DNA of 64,000 nucleotides from a virus: IMG/VR virus record IMGVR_UViG_3300045988_149609, one strand, 5' to 3'. The notes under the pieces were generated by a model. It was given only the letters and a program-made list of their open reading frames with translations, was not told the origin of the DNA and did no database searches. A program made the translations under genes and the position numbers. Shown piece by piece: positions 1 through 8,503 of this stretch (the first letter of the stretch is position 1; every line of letters starts with the position of its first letter).

Positions 1-181
1 ATAGAAGATTTAATATAGCTGTTTTTCTTAGTTGTTTAGGACACTTTTCTTTTACTGATTCAGTATAATATTTATTGTAAAGACCTATTAAAACAATATC
101 TCTTATTGATAAAGAACTATTATTTAATATATCATTTATTTTTATTTGTATTTTGTTGACTTTCATTTTTATGTGTTGTTA

Positions 182-424
182 TTAGTTGTTTTTAATAAGT
201 TTATAAATCTCTGCATTGTGTTTTTTAATTGTAAAGAAATAGCAATGACCTTTTCTTAAATGATACAATGCCATATTCAAACAATTTAAATAATTTCTTG
301 TAGAGATAAGATACCATGTAGAACCATCAAGTTTATAAAACATAATTTTATATTTATGTTTTATAAAAAGAGGTTTATATAAATAGGTATTTATTAGATT
401 ATTGATTTTTTCTTTTAGTTTCAT
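182..424 (-). CDS. hypothetical small protein (80 aa)
   Basis: ORF on the minus strand, the last gene of the minus-strand small-gene block; no recognisable motif. Confidence 0.4.
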   Translation of the reverse strand: MKLKEKINNLINTYLYKPLFIKHKYKIMFYKLDGSTWYLISTRNYLNCLNMALYHLRKGHCYFFTIKKHNAEIYKLIKNN

Positions 425-650
425 TTTTATTTATAATATAAAAAATATGCCTATTCTCACGAACCAGCATATCTTCATTAACTATAAATGTTAGCATCAA
501 AATGTTATTTTCTTTTTCTTTATTTTACCACATTTCTTACATTGTAGAATATATGCTACACCTGCTATGTAATTTTTATAATCAGGATCTTCTAATTTAT
601 ATTCTTTAATTGTTTCGTATTGATGGTTACAAAACAACATTGTAAAAAAC

Positions 651-974
651 TTAATCATAATATTCTAAAGTAATATCTCCACAACTCATCAATTCTTCCT
701 CCATTTCTTTAGCATAATCAAGATAAGAACCAATGAAATTAAAAACTTCTGAAAACTCTTCAATATCACCATCAAATTTATAAGGTGTTATTGATTCTAT
801 GAAAGCTACTGTGTTTTTCATTTTATCAGTAACTTTCTTTTTATATGTTCTTGTTTTACTAATTATCCAATCAGGACGATTAGCAAGCATTTTGAAACCA
901 AAAGCTTCATTATATGTTGTGAACTTTGAAATGAAGTTACCTTCTGTATCTAGTACTCTGTATAATTTATCCAT
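651..974 (-). CDS. hypothetical protein (107 aa)
   Basis: Minus-strand ORF in the same orientation as its neighbours; the antisense 799..993 ORF is rejected. Confidence 0.5.
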   Translation of the reverse strand: MDKLYRVLDTEGNFISKFTTYNEAFGFKMLANRPDWIISKTRTYKKKVTDKMKNTVAFIESITPYKFDGDIEEFSEVFNFIGSYLDYAKEMEEELMSCGDITLEYYD

Positions 975-1017
975 TGTTGTGTTTATTTTTTAGTTATTGA
1001 ATATATAATTTTAAGTG

Positions 1018-1500
1018 TTATTTATAAATAGTATCAAGAATCCCTCTAAAGTTAGGATTATCTCTTACTGCTTTAGCATCTTCTACTCTATTAAAAGCAG
1101 CTTCTATACCAAAGCTATAACATGGAGAAATTGAATTAACTGTATAATTTTGTGTTCTTTTATCATATAAAATTACATATGGTCTATCAATCATAGTATG
1201 TAATCTATTATAATATTCCACAATATTAAGAAGTTGGTTTAATGCTAACAATCTTTCAAGTTGTTTTCTATTTGTAGCATCGTTTTTAGTATCCATGACA
1301 CTACAAACACATAGATAGTTATCTATTCTTCCAAAATTTGTTATATAGAAACTATTTTTATTTTTGAAAAGGTATTCATATATATCTTTATATGTAATAT
1401 TTTTCTTTATAGGTTTGAACTTGACACACTCAAATGTCGAGTTTTCTTTATCAATTTCATAACCTTCTGGTATTTGTATCTTGAATTCTTTTGTTTCCAT
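1018..1500 (-). CDS. hypothetical protein (160 aa)
   Basis: Minus-strand ORF packed tightly against the downstream gene (1500/1507). Confidence 0.55.
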   Translation of the reverse strand: METKEFKIQIPEGYEIDKENSTFECVKFKPIKKNITYKDIYEYLFKNKNSFYITNFGRIDNYLCVCSVMDTKNDATNRKQLERLLALNQLLNIVEYYNRLHTMIDRPYVILYDKRTQNYTVNSISPCYSFGIEAAFNRVEDAKAVRDNPNFRGILDTIYK

Positions 1501-1506
1501 GTTATT

Positions 1507-1881
1507 TTATTCTTTAATGCCAAATGGTGTTCCATCAGCAAATTTTAAATTAAAAACATTAATAAAATTTAAATAACGATTAGCTATACCATCATAAATG
1601 AAAATTCCAGTTTTTTGAATATTTATGATATTACAAATAGTTGAGGTGTCCTTTATCCACCCTAAAGGTTTATGTTTTTGCATTTCTTCCCAACATTCTT
1701 TTATATTAGCAAATGGCCTATATTTTGGTTCAGGCTTAATGCGATACTCATGTAATAAATCAAATTTTGGAGTAGTTGTTTCTATCCATTTGCTAATGGA
1801 ATTAGTTCTAAACTCTATTGTTTTACCTTCTGCAAATGCTTGTATGATAGGTAATAATTCTTTTGCTTCTTGTCTGTTCAT
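1507..1881 (-). CDS. hypothetical protein (124 aa)
   Basis: Minus-strand ORF separated from 1885..2181 by 3 nt, consistent with one operon. Confidence 0.55.
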   Translation of the reverse strand: MNRQEAKELLPIIQAFAEGKTIEFRTNSISKWIETTTPKFDLLHEYRIKPEPKYRPFANIKECWEEMQKHKPLGWIKDTSTICNIINIQKTGIFIYDGIANRYLNFINVFNLKFADGTPFGIKE

Positions 1882-1884
1882 AAT

Positions 1885-2181
1885 TTATTCTATGTAATTA
1901 TCATAAATGATTATAGTAGAATCTGCAATAGATTCAATTTCTTCTGGTATATATAAATCTGAACTTGAACCTATAATAATAGATGATCCTACTAATTTTT
2001 GTAATTCTACTAATGAAAATATATTATTAATAGTAACTATAGTATACTCTACTTCTTTATTATATTCATTTATTTTGATAGTTTCTAACTTATACTTATC
2101 TTTTAATTTATCAATATACTTAGGAAAGATTTTATTTGCTCCATAAGTGTATTGACCAGTATCAACAATAACAAATTTCAT
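1885..2181 (-). CDS. hypothetical protein (98 aa)
   Basis: Minus-strand ORF in the coupled operon. Confidence 0.55.
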   Translation of the reverse strand: MKFVIVDTGQYTYGANKIFPKYIDKLKDKYKLETIKINEYNKEVEYTIVTINNIFSLVELQKLVGSSIIIGSSSDLYIPEEIESIADSTIIIYDNYIE

Positions 2182-2225
2182 AATATTCTAGTAATTATTA
2201 TAATATAAATGTATTAAAATGTAAA

Positions 2226-2250
2226 AGCAGAGAGCAATCTCGCTCCCTGC
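2226..2250 (-). terminator. putative rho-independent terminator
   Basis: Imperfect GC-containing hairpin (gcagagagc...gctccctgc) followed on the minus strand by TTTTAC; it lies just downstream of the small ORF 2263..2442. Confidence 0.3.
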
Positions 2251-2262
2251 TTTAATGTGTTT

Positions 2263-2442
2263 TTAATAGTAGATTTTAGCTATTGTTTCAATACCTTTGA
2301 GAACTAATGCATCTGTAGCTTCCTCAAATTCTGGATCTATTTGTTCATGTGTTATTTTAGCACAAAGTTTTTCAAAAGTATTGAAATGATAAATTTGTAA
2401 CACTTCATAATCTTTGAAAATAAAAATTGTATAATCTGACAT
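2263..2442 (-). CDS. small ORF (59 aa), not in the supplied track
   Basis: Begins ATGTCAGATTAT... and reads MSDYTIFIFKDYEVLQIYHFNTFEKLCAKITHEQIDPEFEEATDALVLKGIETIAKIYY. It starts immediately after the upstream stop and fills an otherwise empty 400-nt gap in the minus operon. Confidence 0.4.
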   Translation of the reverse strand: MSDYTIFIFKDYEVLQIYHFNTFEKLCAKITHEQIDPEFEEATDALVLKGIETIAKIYY

Positions 2443-2580
2443 AATTTAATTTGTTTTTTGAGTTTCTTTTAATAATGTTAATAGATTAGCTTTAAATTTA
2501 TCATCTTTTGTATCATAACAAGCTACAAAACGGTTAGTTGTGAATACCCACCAACCTGATCTAATATTTAATGGATTCAT
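2443..2580 (-). CDS. small ORF (45 aa), not in the supplied track
   Basis: ATG at 2580-2578 overlaps the TAA stop of 2580..2810 (TAATG coupling). Reads MNPLNIRSGWWVFTTNRFVACYDTKDDKFKANLLTLLKETQKTN. Confidence 0.35.
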
Positions 2581-2810
2581 TAGTAAGTGTAGATTTTGAA
2601 CCCTTCATACATGGAGAGTTCGGATTCTTGAATGTTAACTATCTTGCCAAAGACTTTAGTATAATATCTCTTTTTGACAATAATCGTCTTAGAGATTTCT
2701 ACTATTGTTTGGCTTTGATGGTTTCGTGCTAAATCATTATGATGAGCACGAATAGAGGATTCATAGCCCTCTGAGCTACAAATCCTCTGTGAGTTAAAAC
2801 GCTTTCTCAT
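2580..2810 (-). CDS. hypothetical protein (76 aa)
   Basis: Minus-strand ORF with slightly higher GC than its neighbours. The His/Asn-rich stretch RAHHNDLARNH gives a weak, unconfirmed HNH-like impression. Confidence 0.4.
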   Translation of the reverse strand: MRKRFNSQRICSSEGYESSIRAHHNDLARNHQSQTIVEISKTIIVKKRYYTKVFGKIVNIQESELSMYEGFKIYTY

Positions 2811-2813
2811 GGT

Positions 2814-3053
2814 TTACCAAGACTCAATTTTAATAATTACATCTAAATCATATTGAACCCATGCTTGATCTGAGTAAATAATGAGATCTTTATTTTCTAA
2901 TGAAAACTCAAAAGGGTATTCAAAAAAGTCATTATTTTCTAGCTCGGTAAAAATTTTAATATCGTGATGTAATTTTTGAGCCGATGTCATGGCTTGATAT
3001 ATATTATCTGCTGTCATTTTGTTTTGTTTTAGTCTATAAAGATTGTAGTACAA
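2814..3053 (-). CDS. hypothetical protein (79 aa)
   Basis: Minus-strand ORF overlapping the next gene by a few codons. Confidence 0.5.
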   Translation of the reverse strand: MYYNLYRLKQNKMTADNIYQAMTSAQKLHHDIKIFTELENNDFFEYPFEFSLENKDLIIYSDQAWVQYDLDVIIKIESW

Positions 3054-3316
3054 GATTTGCCTTGATATTCTTCATATACATAATCACTCTCCTCTTCAAG
3101 GAGTTTCTCCATATGGAAAACATCTGACATATCATCTGTTTTACCATCTACATTACAGATAAACTCTGCAATTTCATGGAGAGTGAGCTTACCATAAAAA
3201 GTAAACTCTGTATAGAAAGTTTTATTGTGCATACATGCAAGTTTTGCTATTCTGCATACATCTAGTAGCCAAATGGCATAGTCAAAGTTTTTATTTTTCG
3301 TTACCATCTTCTTCAT
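3029..3316 (-). CDS. hypothetical protein (95 aa)
   Basis: Minus-strand ORF in the operon. Confidence 0.5.
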   Translation of the reverse strand: MKKMVTKNKNFDYAIWLLDVCRIAKLACMHNKTFYTEFTFYGKLTLHEIAEFICNVDGKTDDMSDVFHMEKLLEEESDYVYEEYQGKSCTTIFID

Positions 3317-3491
3317 CTAATTTAATGAATAAAACACCAGCAGCTAAGAATGCTGCAATAAAAATTATCATGTAGGTACCTGCAACATAGCAATCTCTTG
3401 CTATTATTGACGCGATACCTGAAACTGCTACTATGAGCAGTAAAAATATGATTAATATGTATGGTAGATAGAATTTCATTGTTGTTAGCAA
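3291..3491 (-). CDS. small membrane protein (66 aa, 2 predicted TM helices)
   Basis: Strongly hydrophobic sequence FYLPYILIIFLLLIVAVSGIASII...MIIFIAAFLAAGVLFI. Confidence 0.5.
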   Translation of the reverse strand: MLTTMKFYLPYILIIFLLLIVAVSGIASIIARDCYVAGTYMIIFIAAFLAAGVLFIKLDEEDGNEK

Positions 3492-3561
3492 TTTAAATAT
3501 TAAAAAAAATGCATCCTTTATTCTGTTGCCAAGAAAAGGATGTGAAAACTCCGAAACTTAT

Positions 3562-3933
3562 TCAATTTAAACCATATTTAGCACGTATGAGATCTTCTTT
3601 ATAGATCTCTGGATAGTATGTACGTAGAACATAGTCTATGTACAACTTTGTGTTATACGGTAATAATTGAAGTATTTCTTCTTTGTTATCCCAAACATAG
3701 CCACTATTGACCATGTTTGTTATAACGTTCTCCAAATGCTTCATGGTGTTTCCACCAAGCACTTGGAGAATGTCTAATGCTAAAGAAGCATTAGGTGTAA
3801 CAACATTGGACAATGCTTTATAAGCATCGTCAAAATTTGTATATGTTACATTCTCAATGAAATAATAAGTTGTCATGATAAACAAATGTTTTAGTTGTTT
3901 GGCAATATCACCATTATCCTCTGTATTTCTCAT
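3562..3933 (-). CDS. hypothetical protein (123 aa)
   Basis: Minus-strand ORF. Confidence 0.5.
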   Translation of the reverse strand: MRNTEDNGDIAKQLKHLFIMTTYYFIENVTYTNFDDAYKALSNVVTPNASLALDILQVLGGNTMKHLENVITNMVNSGYVWDNKEEILQLLPYNTKLYIDYVLRTYYPEIYKEDLIRAKYGLN

Positions 3934-4032
3934 GCGGGCTTGGAACCGCCAAAGGCTACATTATAATGGAGTAGTAATATCTCTTGACATATCTCTTTCA
4001 AGATATGAAAGAAATAAGTCAAGAGATGGTAA

Positions 4033-4230
4033 TCATTTAATAATGAGTTTTGCATTCAATGAATCCATATCTATTCCATGGATTTCACCATATTTATCAG
4101 CTAAATCTCTAAGTGTCTCTACAGCTTCAAAATACTTACGTTTTTCTTCTGGTGTTGCAAGATTTGTGTTTAACAATTTATTTGCATATTTAGTATATAC
4201 TAATGCGCGCATACCTGTTATGTTTCTCAT
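4033..4230 (-). CDS. hypothetical protein (65 aa)
   Basis: First ATG-started ORF of the AT-rich minus operon, downstream of the GC-island terminator. Confidence 0.45.
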   Translation of the reverse strand: MRNITGMRALVYTKYANKLLNTNLATPEEKRKYFEAVETLRDLADKYGEIHGIDMDSLNAKLIIK

Positions 4231-4340
4231 TTTTTTTTATTTTTTATAAGTTGTTATTAAAGTTCTCACTCTGAGTTCTAACCTCAGTACAATAGTTTTA
4301 TTTAAGTGAGAATGGGACTTTTTGCTAGTTGTTTAAAAGC

Positions 4341-4376
4341 CCCCAAAAAAAACCAACCAGCACTGTTGTGTGCTGG
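4341..4376 (-). terminator. rho-independent terminator of the GC-island gene
   Basis: The hairpin CCAGCAC-tgttgt-GTGCTGG (4357-4376) is followed on the minus strand by TTGGTTTTTTTTGGGG (plus A8 run at 4345-4352). It sits 13 nt downstream of the stop of 4389..4718. Confidence 0.7.
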
Positions 4377-4388
4377 CTGGTGTGGTGC

Positions 4389-4718
4389 TTACAGTTCGAT
4401 AGTAAGCACAGAAGTGCCTTTCGTACCTGTAACTTCGCCATTGCCTATGCAAAGAAGTGGCACCCAAGATGCGCCATTATCCTGCGAACATTCGCAGAAA
4501 TAGACTGCATCTTTTTTGCCATCTTGCAAGGCTGCTACTGCATCTTCTGTGCAATAGCAATGACTGACGATGTTTTCGTGATTGTCAAGGTCTTGCTTAT
4601 TAGCATAAAAGTAAGCACAGTGCTTGTTGTTGTCATTCTCACGAACATTGCACCATTTGATGCCCTGTTCACGAAGAGAAAGAAAACTCATGCTGTTGCG
4701 GAATTTAGCTGTTGCCAT
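4389..4718 (-). CDS. Cys-rich small protein (109 aa) in a GC-rich island, possibly metal-binding
   Basis: The minus ORF has a correctly placed terminator. Local GC is about 45-50% against about 28% background. There are seven Cys residues, including HCYC...FCEC (CxC-17-CxC). The plus-strand ORFs 4306..4503 and 4329..4754 are rejected as antisense. Confidence 0.55.
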   Translation of the reverse strand: MATAKFRNSMSFLSLREQGIKWCNVRENDNNKHCAYFYANKQDLDNHENIVSHCYCTEDAVAALQDGKKDAVYFCECSQDNGASWVPLLCIGNGEVTGTKGTSVLTIEL

Positions 4719-4741
4719 TTTTGTATTGTATTAAGAAGGAA

Positions 4742-4820
4742 GCCCCCTAATTGATTGTCAGCCAGTTGAGCGGGGGCATTAACCCAAACGGCCGAAGGCT
4801 GGGGGAGGTATTGGGTGGCT
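4742..4820 (-). promoter_or_regulatory. GC-rich structured 5' leader of the Cys-rich gene
   Basis: On the minus strand, ACCCAA...UUGGGU encloses a GCC-UUCG-GGC tetraloop hairpin, and GCCCCC...GGGGGC forms a second stem. A UUCG tetraloop inside a GC-rich stretch of an AT-rich phage suggests a functional RNA structure. Confidence 0.4.
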
Positions 4821-4998
4821 ATCCCTCGCTCTCTTTAATATAACAATCTTCAAAAATTTTAGAAAAAAAATTATTTTTTACTTCTGTTTTAATAGAGTAA
4901 AATTATAATTTAAATACCATTCTAAAAGATAAGAAGAAAAGAAGTAGGGAAGTCATTGATTATCAGATAGTTATAACATTTTAATGTTGTGTATTACA

Positions 4999-5109
4999 TA
5001 ACTAATTGTTGTCATATACTCAACTAATTATGGAGAAATACTCAACTTATACTAACTATTTTTGTCATGTTTATATCATTAATGTAATTATAACTTACAA
5101 TGTTTGTCA
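4999..5109 (+). repeat. iteron-like direct repeats in the divergent control region
   Basis: TAACTAATTGTTGTCAT (4999-5015), TAACTATTTTTGTCAT (5053-5068) and TTGTCAC (5104-5109). ATACTCAACT(A/T)AT occurs at 5016-5030 and about 5038-5052, giving a mirror-ordered X-Y...Y-X arrangement. Confidence 0.4.
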
Positions 5110-5118
5110 CTTTATTTA

Positions 5119-5126
5119 TATCTTTG
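5119..5126 (+). promoter_or_regulatory. Bacteroidetes-type -7 promoter box TATCTTTG(CA)
   Basis: Matches TAnnTTTG and lies 26 nt upstream of ATG 5152. Confidence 0.5.
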
Positions 5127-5151
5127 CAATAAATTAAAATATAATGTATAT

Positions 5152-5586
5152 ATGTATCAAACTAAAGTCAATAAAGACTATTCTTTAATTCATAATGAAA
5201 CAGGAGAAATTATTGAATTTAAACAAACTAAAAAAGTAAAGCAAGAAGAGTTTATGCTTTTATTTTTAGCTGCTACTGAATTGCTTAATCAATTAGATGG
5301 AACTTCAATTAAAATTCTTATTTTTTGTTGGAAATATTCAACATTTAATAACAATGTAGAAAAGGAAGGAAACTTAGTTTATAATAATGTTTACTTTAAA
5401 GAAAAGCTTAGAGAAAGTGGATTAACTTATTCAGATAATACAATTAATATTTATATAGGTAGATTGTGTAAAAAAGAATTACTTATTAAAAAAGGTAGAG
5501 GCGTTTATATGTTAAATCCTAAATACTTCTTTAAAGGTACTTTGACGGATAGAAGTAAATTAAGAATGACTTTAGAAACAGAATAA
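5152..5586 (+). CDS. winged-helix DNA-binding protein, putative regulator or replication initiator (144 aa)
   Basis: The C-terminal GRLCKKELLIKKGRGVYMLNP resembles the wing of a winged HTH. Start revised from the track's TTG at 5104 to ATG 5152, because the promoter box lies inside the track ORF. The gene is next to the iteron-like repeats. Confidence 0.5.
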   Translation: MYQTKVNKDYSLIHNETGEIIEFKQTKKVKQEEFMLLFLAATELLNQLDGTSIKILIFCWKYSTFNNNVEKEGNLVYNNVYFKEKLRESGLTYSDNTINIYIGRLCKKELLIKKGRGVYMLNPKYFFKGTLTDRSKLRMTLETE

Positions 5587-5614
5587 TGTTATTTTATTTG
5601 TTTAAAATATTGTT

Positions 5615-5622
5615 TAATTTTG
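5615..5622 (+). promoter_or_regulatory. -7 promoter box TAATTTTG(CA)
   Basis: TAnnTTTG located 21 nt upstream of ATG 5643. Confidence 0.45.
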
Positions 5623-5642
5623 CAACTTAAAATATATAATAT

Positions 5643-6203
5643 ATGATAGGAACGCATGATAGTTTTACTTATTTAAAAGCAAAACATAAAATATATGAAT
5701 TGTTTTCATTTTTATGGAGAACACAAACTAAATCTCTAGAAGAACAAATAGAAAATGGAGTTACCTACTTTGATATAAGAGTACATAGAACTAAAGATAA
5801 TCAATGGGAATTGTGTCATGGATTAGTAAACTTTGATAAATCCTACCAATCTTTAGCTACTCTACTCAAAGAATTAGCTAGGTTTAATATTAGATTAATT
5901 TTAGAAAAAGGTACAAAACAAGATGAAATAGAGTTTGAAAAATTGATTTATGTACTTAAATACAGATATAATAATTTAGTTTTTTCAGCTATTAAAAAGA
6001 ATTGGAAAGTATTACATAATACACATTTAGCTATTATGGATTATACTTATATTCCTTTTTATTCAGATCTTTCATTTTGGCAAAATATTAAAAGGATGAA
6101 TTGGTTTAGTACTATTAAAAAATGGGCTAAAAAACATAATCCTGTTATTACACAAGATATGAAAAATGATATTAATGTTGTTTATTTTATAGATAGATTA
6201 TAA
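5643..6203 (+). CDS. PI-PLC X-domain-like phosphodiesterase (186 aa)
   Basis: IGTHDSFTY, ...EEQIENGVTYFDIRVH... and WELCHG align with the bacterial PI-PLC catalytic motifs IPGTHDSGTF, IFDIRGR and HHG. Confidence 0.55.
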   Translation: MIGTHDSFTYLKAKHKIYELFSFLWRTQTKSLEEQIENGVTYFDIRVHRTKDNQWELCHGLVNFDKSYQSLATLLKELARFNIRLILEKGTKQDEIEFEKLIYVLKYRYNNLVFSAIKKNWKVLHNTHLAIMDYTYIPFYSDLSFWQNIKRMNWFSTIKKWAKKHNPVITQDMKNDINVVYFIDRL

Positions 6204-8503
6204 TGAGTAGAACAAAAGATAATAAAACAAATAAAAATCAAAATACTTCACAAGAACAAATAAAAGAACAGGAAATGACTTTTCCTTATTATGATTGGAT
6301 AAATGGATCTTATTATCATAATAAAGAAGAGTATGATGTTCATGCTCCTAATAATATTCTTTGGAAAGAAGTTTCTCAAAAAACTTTAAATGAAGTTAAT
6401 AAAAAATATAATTTAGGATATAAAGTAGATAAAAAAGGAAATGTTGTAAGAAATAAATATACGCATTCACCAATATATGCAGATGGTCGTGAGAATTACC
6501 CAGAAGGTGAAGAATATAATAAGTTGTATGAAAATAATGTTGAAACAAATAAAAGAAGATTAGAACTTGAAAAAACAGCAAAAATAAAAACAAAATCTTC
6601 TTCAACTGTAGATCCTGGAGGAGTAAAAATAGCTGGAATAATTCAACAAATAGGAGCTACAACTCCAAATAATAATCCACAAGCAGTAGCACAAAGAAAC
6701 GCACAAGCAAAACAAAGGCAAGTACAGCAACAAACAGAAAATAAAGATTATATAGAAAATCAAAAAAAATTAGGAGAATTATTTTTAAATTCTGCAGCAC
6801 TTGCTACTTCTATTGCAGCAATGGGGTCTCAAATAGGTAGTGCTGTATATAACAATAAAGCAAATAATTTATTATTTAGACAAGGATATGCTACAGGAAT
6901 AAATAATCCAAAATATATAAACTATACAAATATTGCTAATGATTTAGATCGTATATATAAAGTAGCAGATGCTATAAATTTACCCATAGATATTGCTCAA
7001 TTTGCAACAAGTTCTGGCCCAAAAGAACAAGTTTATAATGGAATACAATTAGGGCTATCAGGTATAAAATATGTACCTATAAATAATCCTGCTTTCGGTG
7101 TAGTTAAACCTGTTACTAGTTTTGTAGGTAATTTAATGGAACCTATTTCATTAGGTTTTAAAGAAGGAGGCCCACTTAAAAAATCATACAAAGATTTTTC
7201 TACTAGATTATCTAAAGCATGGGGTAATCAAGATTTAAGTCAAGATAATTATGATTATCAAAAGTATTATAATGATGATCCAGATAGAGCTTATAGGCAA
7301 CTAGAATCTATTGAAAAAGGAGGGCAAGGCCATTTTGATGATGAGGGAAAAAGTGGCACTTATAAAACACCTAATCATGCTACTTATCCTGATTTAGGTG
7401 CTAATTCTTGGCTTGATGATGGTAGAATATTTAATATATCTGCAAGACAAGCTAATCAAGGATTAGATAATATAAGAGATGAAATAAATACAGATAGAAT
7501 ATTAGACTATTTAGGACATGATTTGAATTATAATAATGGAGCTACTAAAGTAATATATGATGGGGCATATCAATTACCTTCAGTAACAGTTGTTTCTACT
7601 CCAAAAGGTAATTATGCAAGAACAGAACTTATCCCTAATGAATTAGGTACAGGTTGGATGTATAGAGATAGAGCTGGAAGGTTTGCTAATTTTAATTATG
7701 ATTATGTAAATCGTTATGACGGAAATCAAAAAGCATTAAGTGGTAATTTATTTAGAAATGGTTCTTGGATGCCTAATAAACAATGGCGAAATAGAATTTC
7801 TGCATGGGAAGGTTCTTCAATGTATAGACCTGCACCTGATACAGGTAGAGTTAATAGTTCTTTTCAAGCAGAAGCTAGTAGATTTTTATCTGTTTTACCA
7901 AAAAAAGCATTACAGAAATTACCTGAACAAGCAATAAATGCTTTATATAGTTATAGTTATAATGTAGGTGCAGGTAACTTTAAAAAGAGAGTTGTACCTG
8001 TATTAAATAAATATCTTGATGGAAAAGCTTCTTTACAACAAGTTACAAATAGTATGTATGCTACTAAAGATTCTCAATTAAGAGGTTTACAAAAAAGAAG
8101 AAGATATGAAAGAGGAGCTTTTGAAGCAGCTATTACAGGTAAAGATTTAACAGGTACTAATGCTTATCAGCAATATGATCCATTAACAAGTAATTATCAA
8201 TCAAGTAATTCACCTGCCACTAAAAGAAGAAATATTCAATGGACAGACACAATTAATTTAAATGATGGTAGTTTAATACAACCAAATCAACAAGCTCCTT
8301 CTTTAATGCAACAATTAGCACATTCTGAAGAAATTTTAGCTGAAGCAAACAAGAGAATAAATCAAGTTACAACAAGAATGATGCCTGATGCACAAAGTAA
8401 TGATCCTTATATTAATGCTGTTTATAATTCTTCTATTCAAGATAATAGAGAACTTTTAGCAAATGATTTAAAAACATATTTAGAAACAAGTTTAAATTAT
8501 TAA
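6203..8503 (+). CDS. large protein (766 aa) with a C-terminal GH24 (T4-lysozyme-like) muramidase domain
   Basis: WEGSSMYRPAPDTG matches the catalytic E-G-x4-Y-x4-D-T-G motif. LYSYSYNVGAGNF and LRGLQKRRRYERGAF match the C-terminal signature of phage lysozymes. The N-terminal ~500 aa are of unknown function. Confidence 0.55.
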   Translation: MSRTKDNKTNKNQNTSQEQIKEQEMTFPYYDWINGSYYHNKEEYDVHAPNNILWKEVSQKTLNEVNKKYNLGYKVDKKGNVVRNKYTHSPIYADGRENYPEGEEYNKLYENNVETNKRRLELEKTAKIKTKSSSTVDPGGVKIAGIIQQIGATTPNNNPQAVAQRNAQAKQRQVQQQTENKDYIENQKKLGELFLNSAALATSIAAMGSQIGSAVYNNKANNLLFRQGYATGINNPKYINYTNIANDLDRIYKVADAINLPIDIAQFATSSGPKEQVYNGIQLGLSGIKYVPINNPAFGVVKPVTSFVGNLMEPISLGFKEGGPLKKSYKDFSTRLSKAWGNQDLSQDNYDYQKYYNDDPDRAYRQLESIEKGGQGHFDDEGKSGTYKTPNHATYPDLGANSWLDDGRIFNISARQANQGLDNIRDEINTDRILDYLGHDLNYNNGATKVIYDGAYQLPSVTVVSTPKGNYARTELIPNELGTGWMYRDRAGRFANFNYDYVNRYDGNQKALSGNLFRNGSWMPNKQWRNRISAWEGSSMYRPAPDTGRVNSSFQAEASRFLSVLPKKALQKLPEQAINALYSYSYNVGAGNFKKRVVPVLNKYLDGKASLQQVTNSMYATKDSQLRGLQKRRRYERGAFEAAITGKDLTGTNAYQQYDPLTSNYQSSNSPATKRRNIQWTDTINLNDGSLIQPNQQAPSLMQQLAHSEEILAEANKRINQVTTRMMPDAQSNDPYINAVYNSSIQDNRELLANDLKTYLETSLNY

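Noticed and set aside
799-2146. Plus-strand ORFs 799..993, 1625..1897 and 1907..2146
   Set aside because: They lie antisense inside longer, tightly packed minus-strand genes, and their low-complexity hydrophobic translations are typical of AT-rich antisense frames.
3875-4754. Plus-strand ORFs 3875..4249, 4306..4503 and 4329..4754
   Set aside because: They overlap minus-strand genes. The minus gene 4389..4718 has a correctly positioned terminator, and the plus ORFs have neither a promoter nor a terminator.
6396-8000. ORFs 6396..6605 (-) and 7740..7937 (+) inside the 766-aa gene
   Set aside because: They are embedded in a long coding ORF with recognisable lysozyme-domain motifs, so they are spurious.
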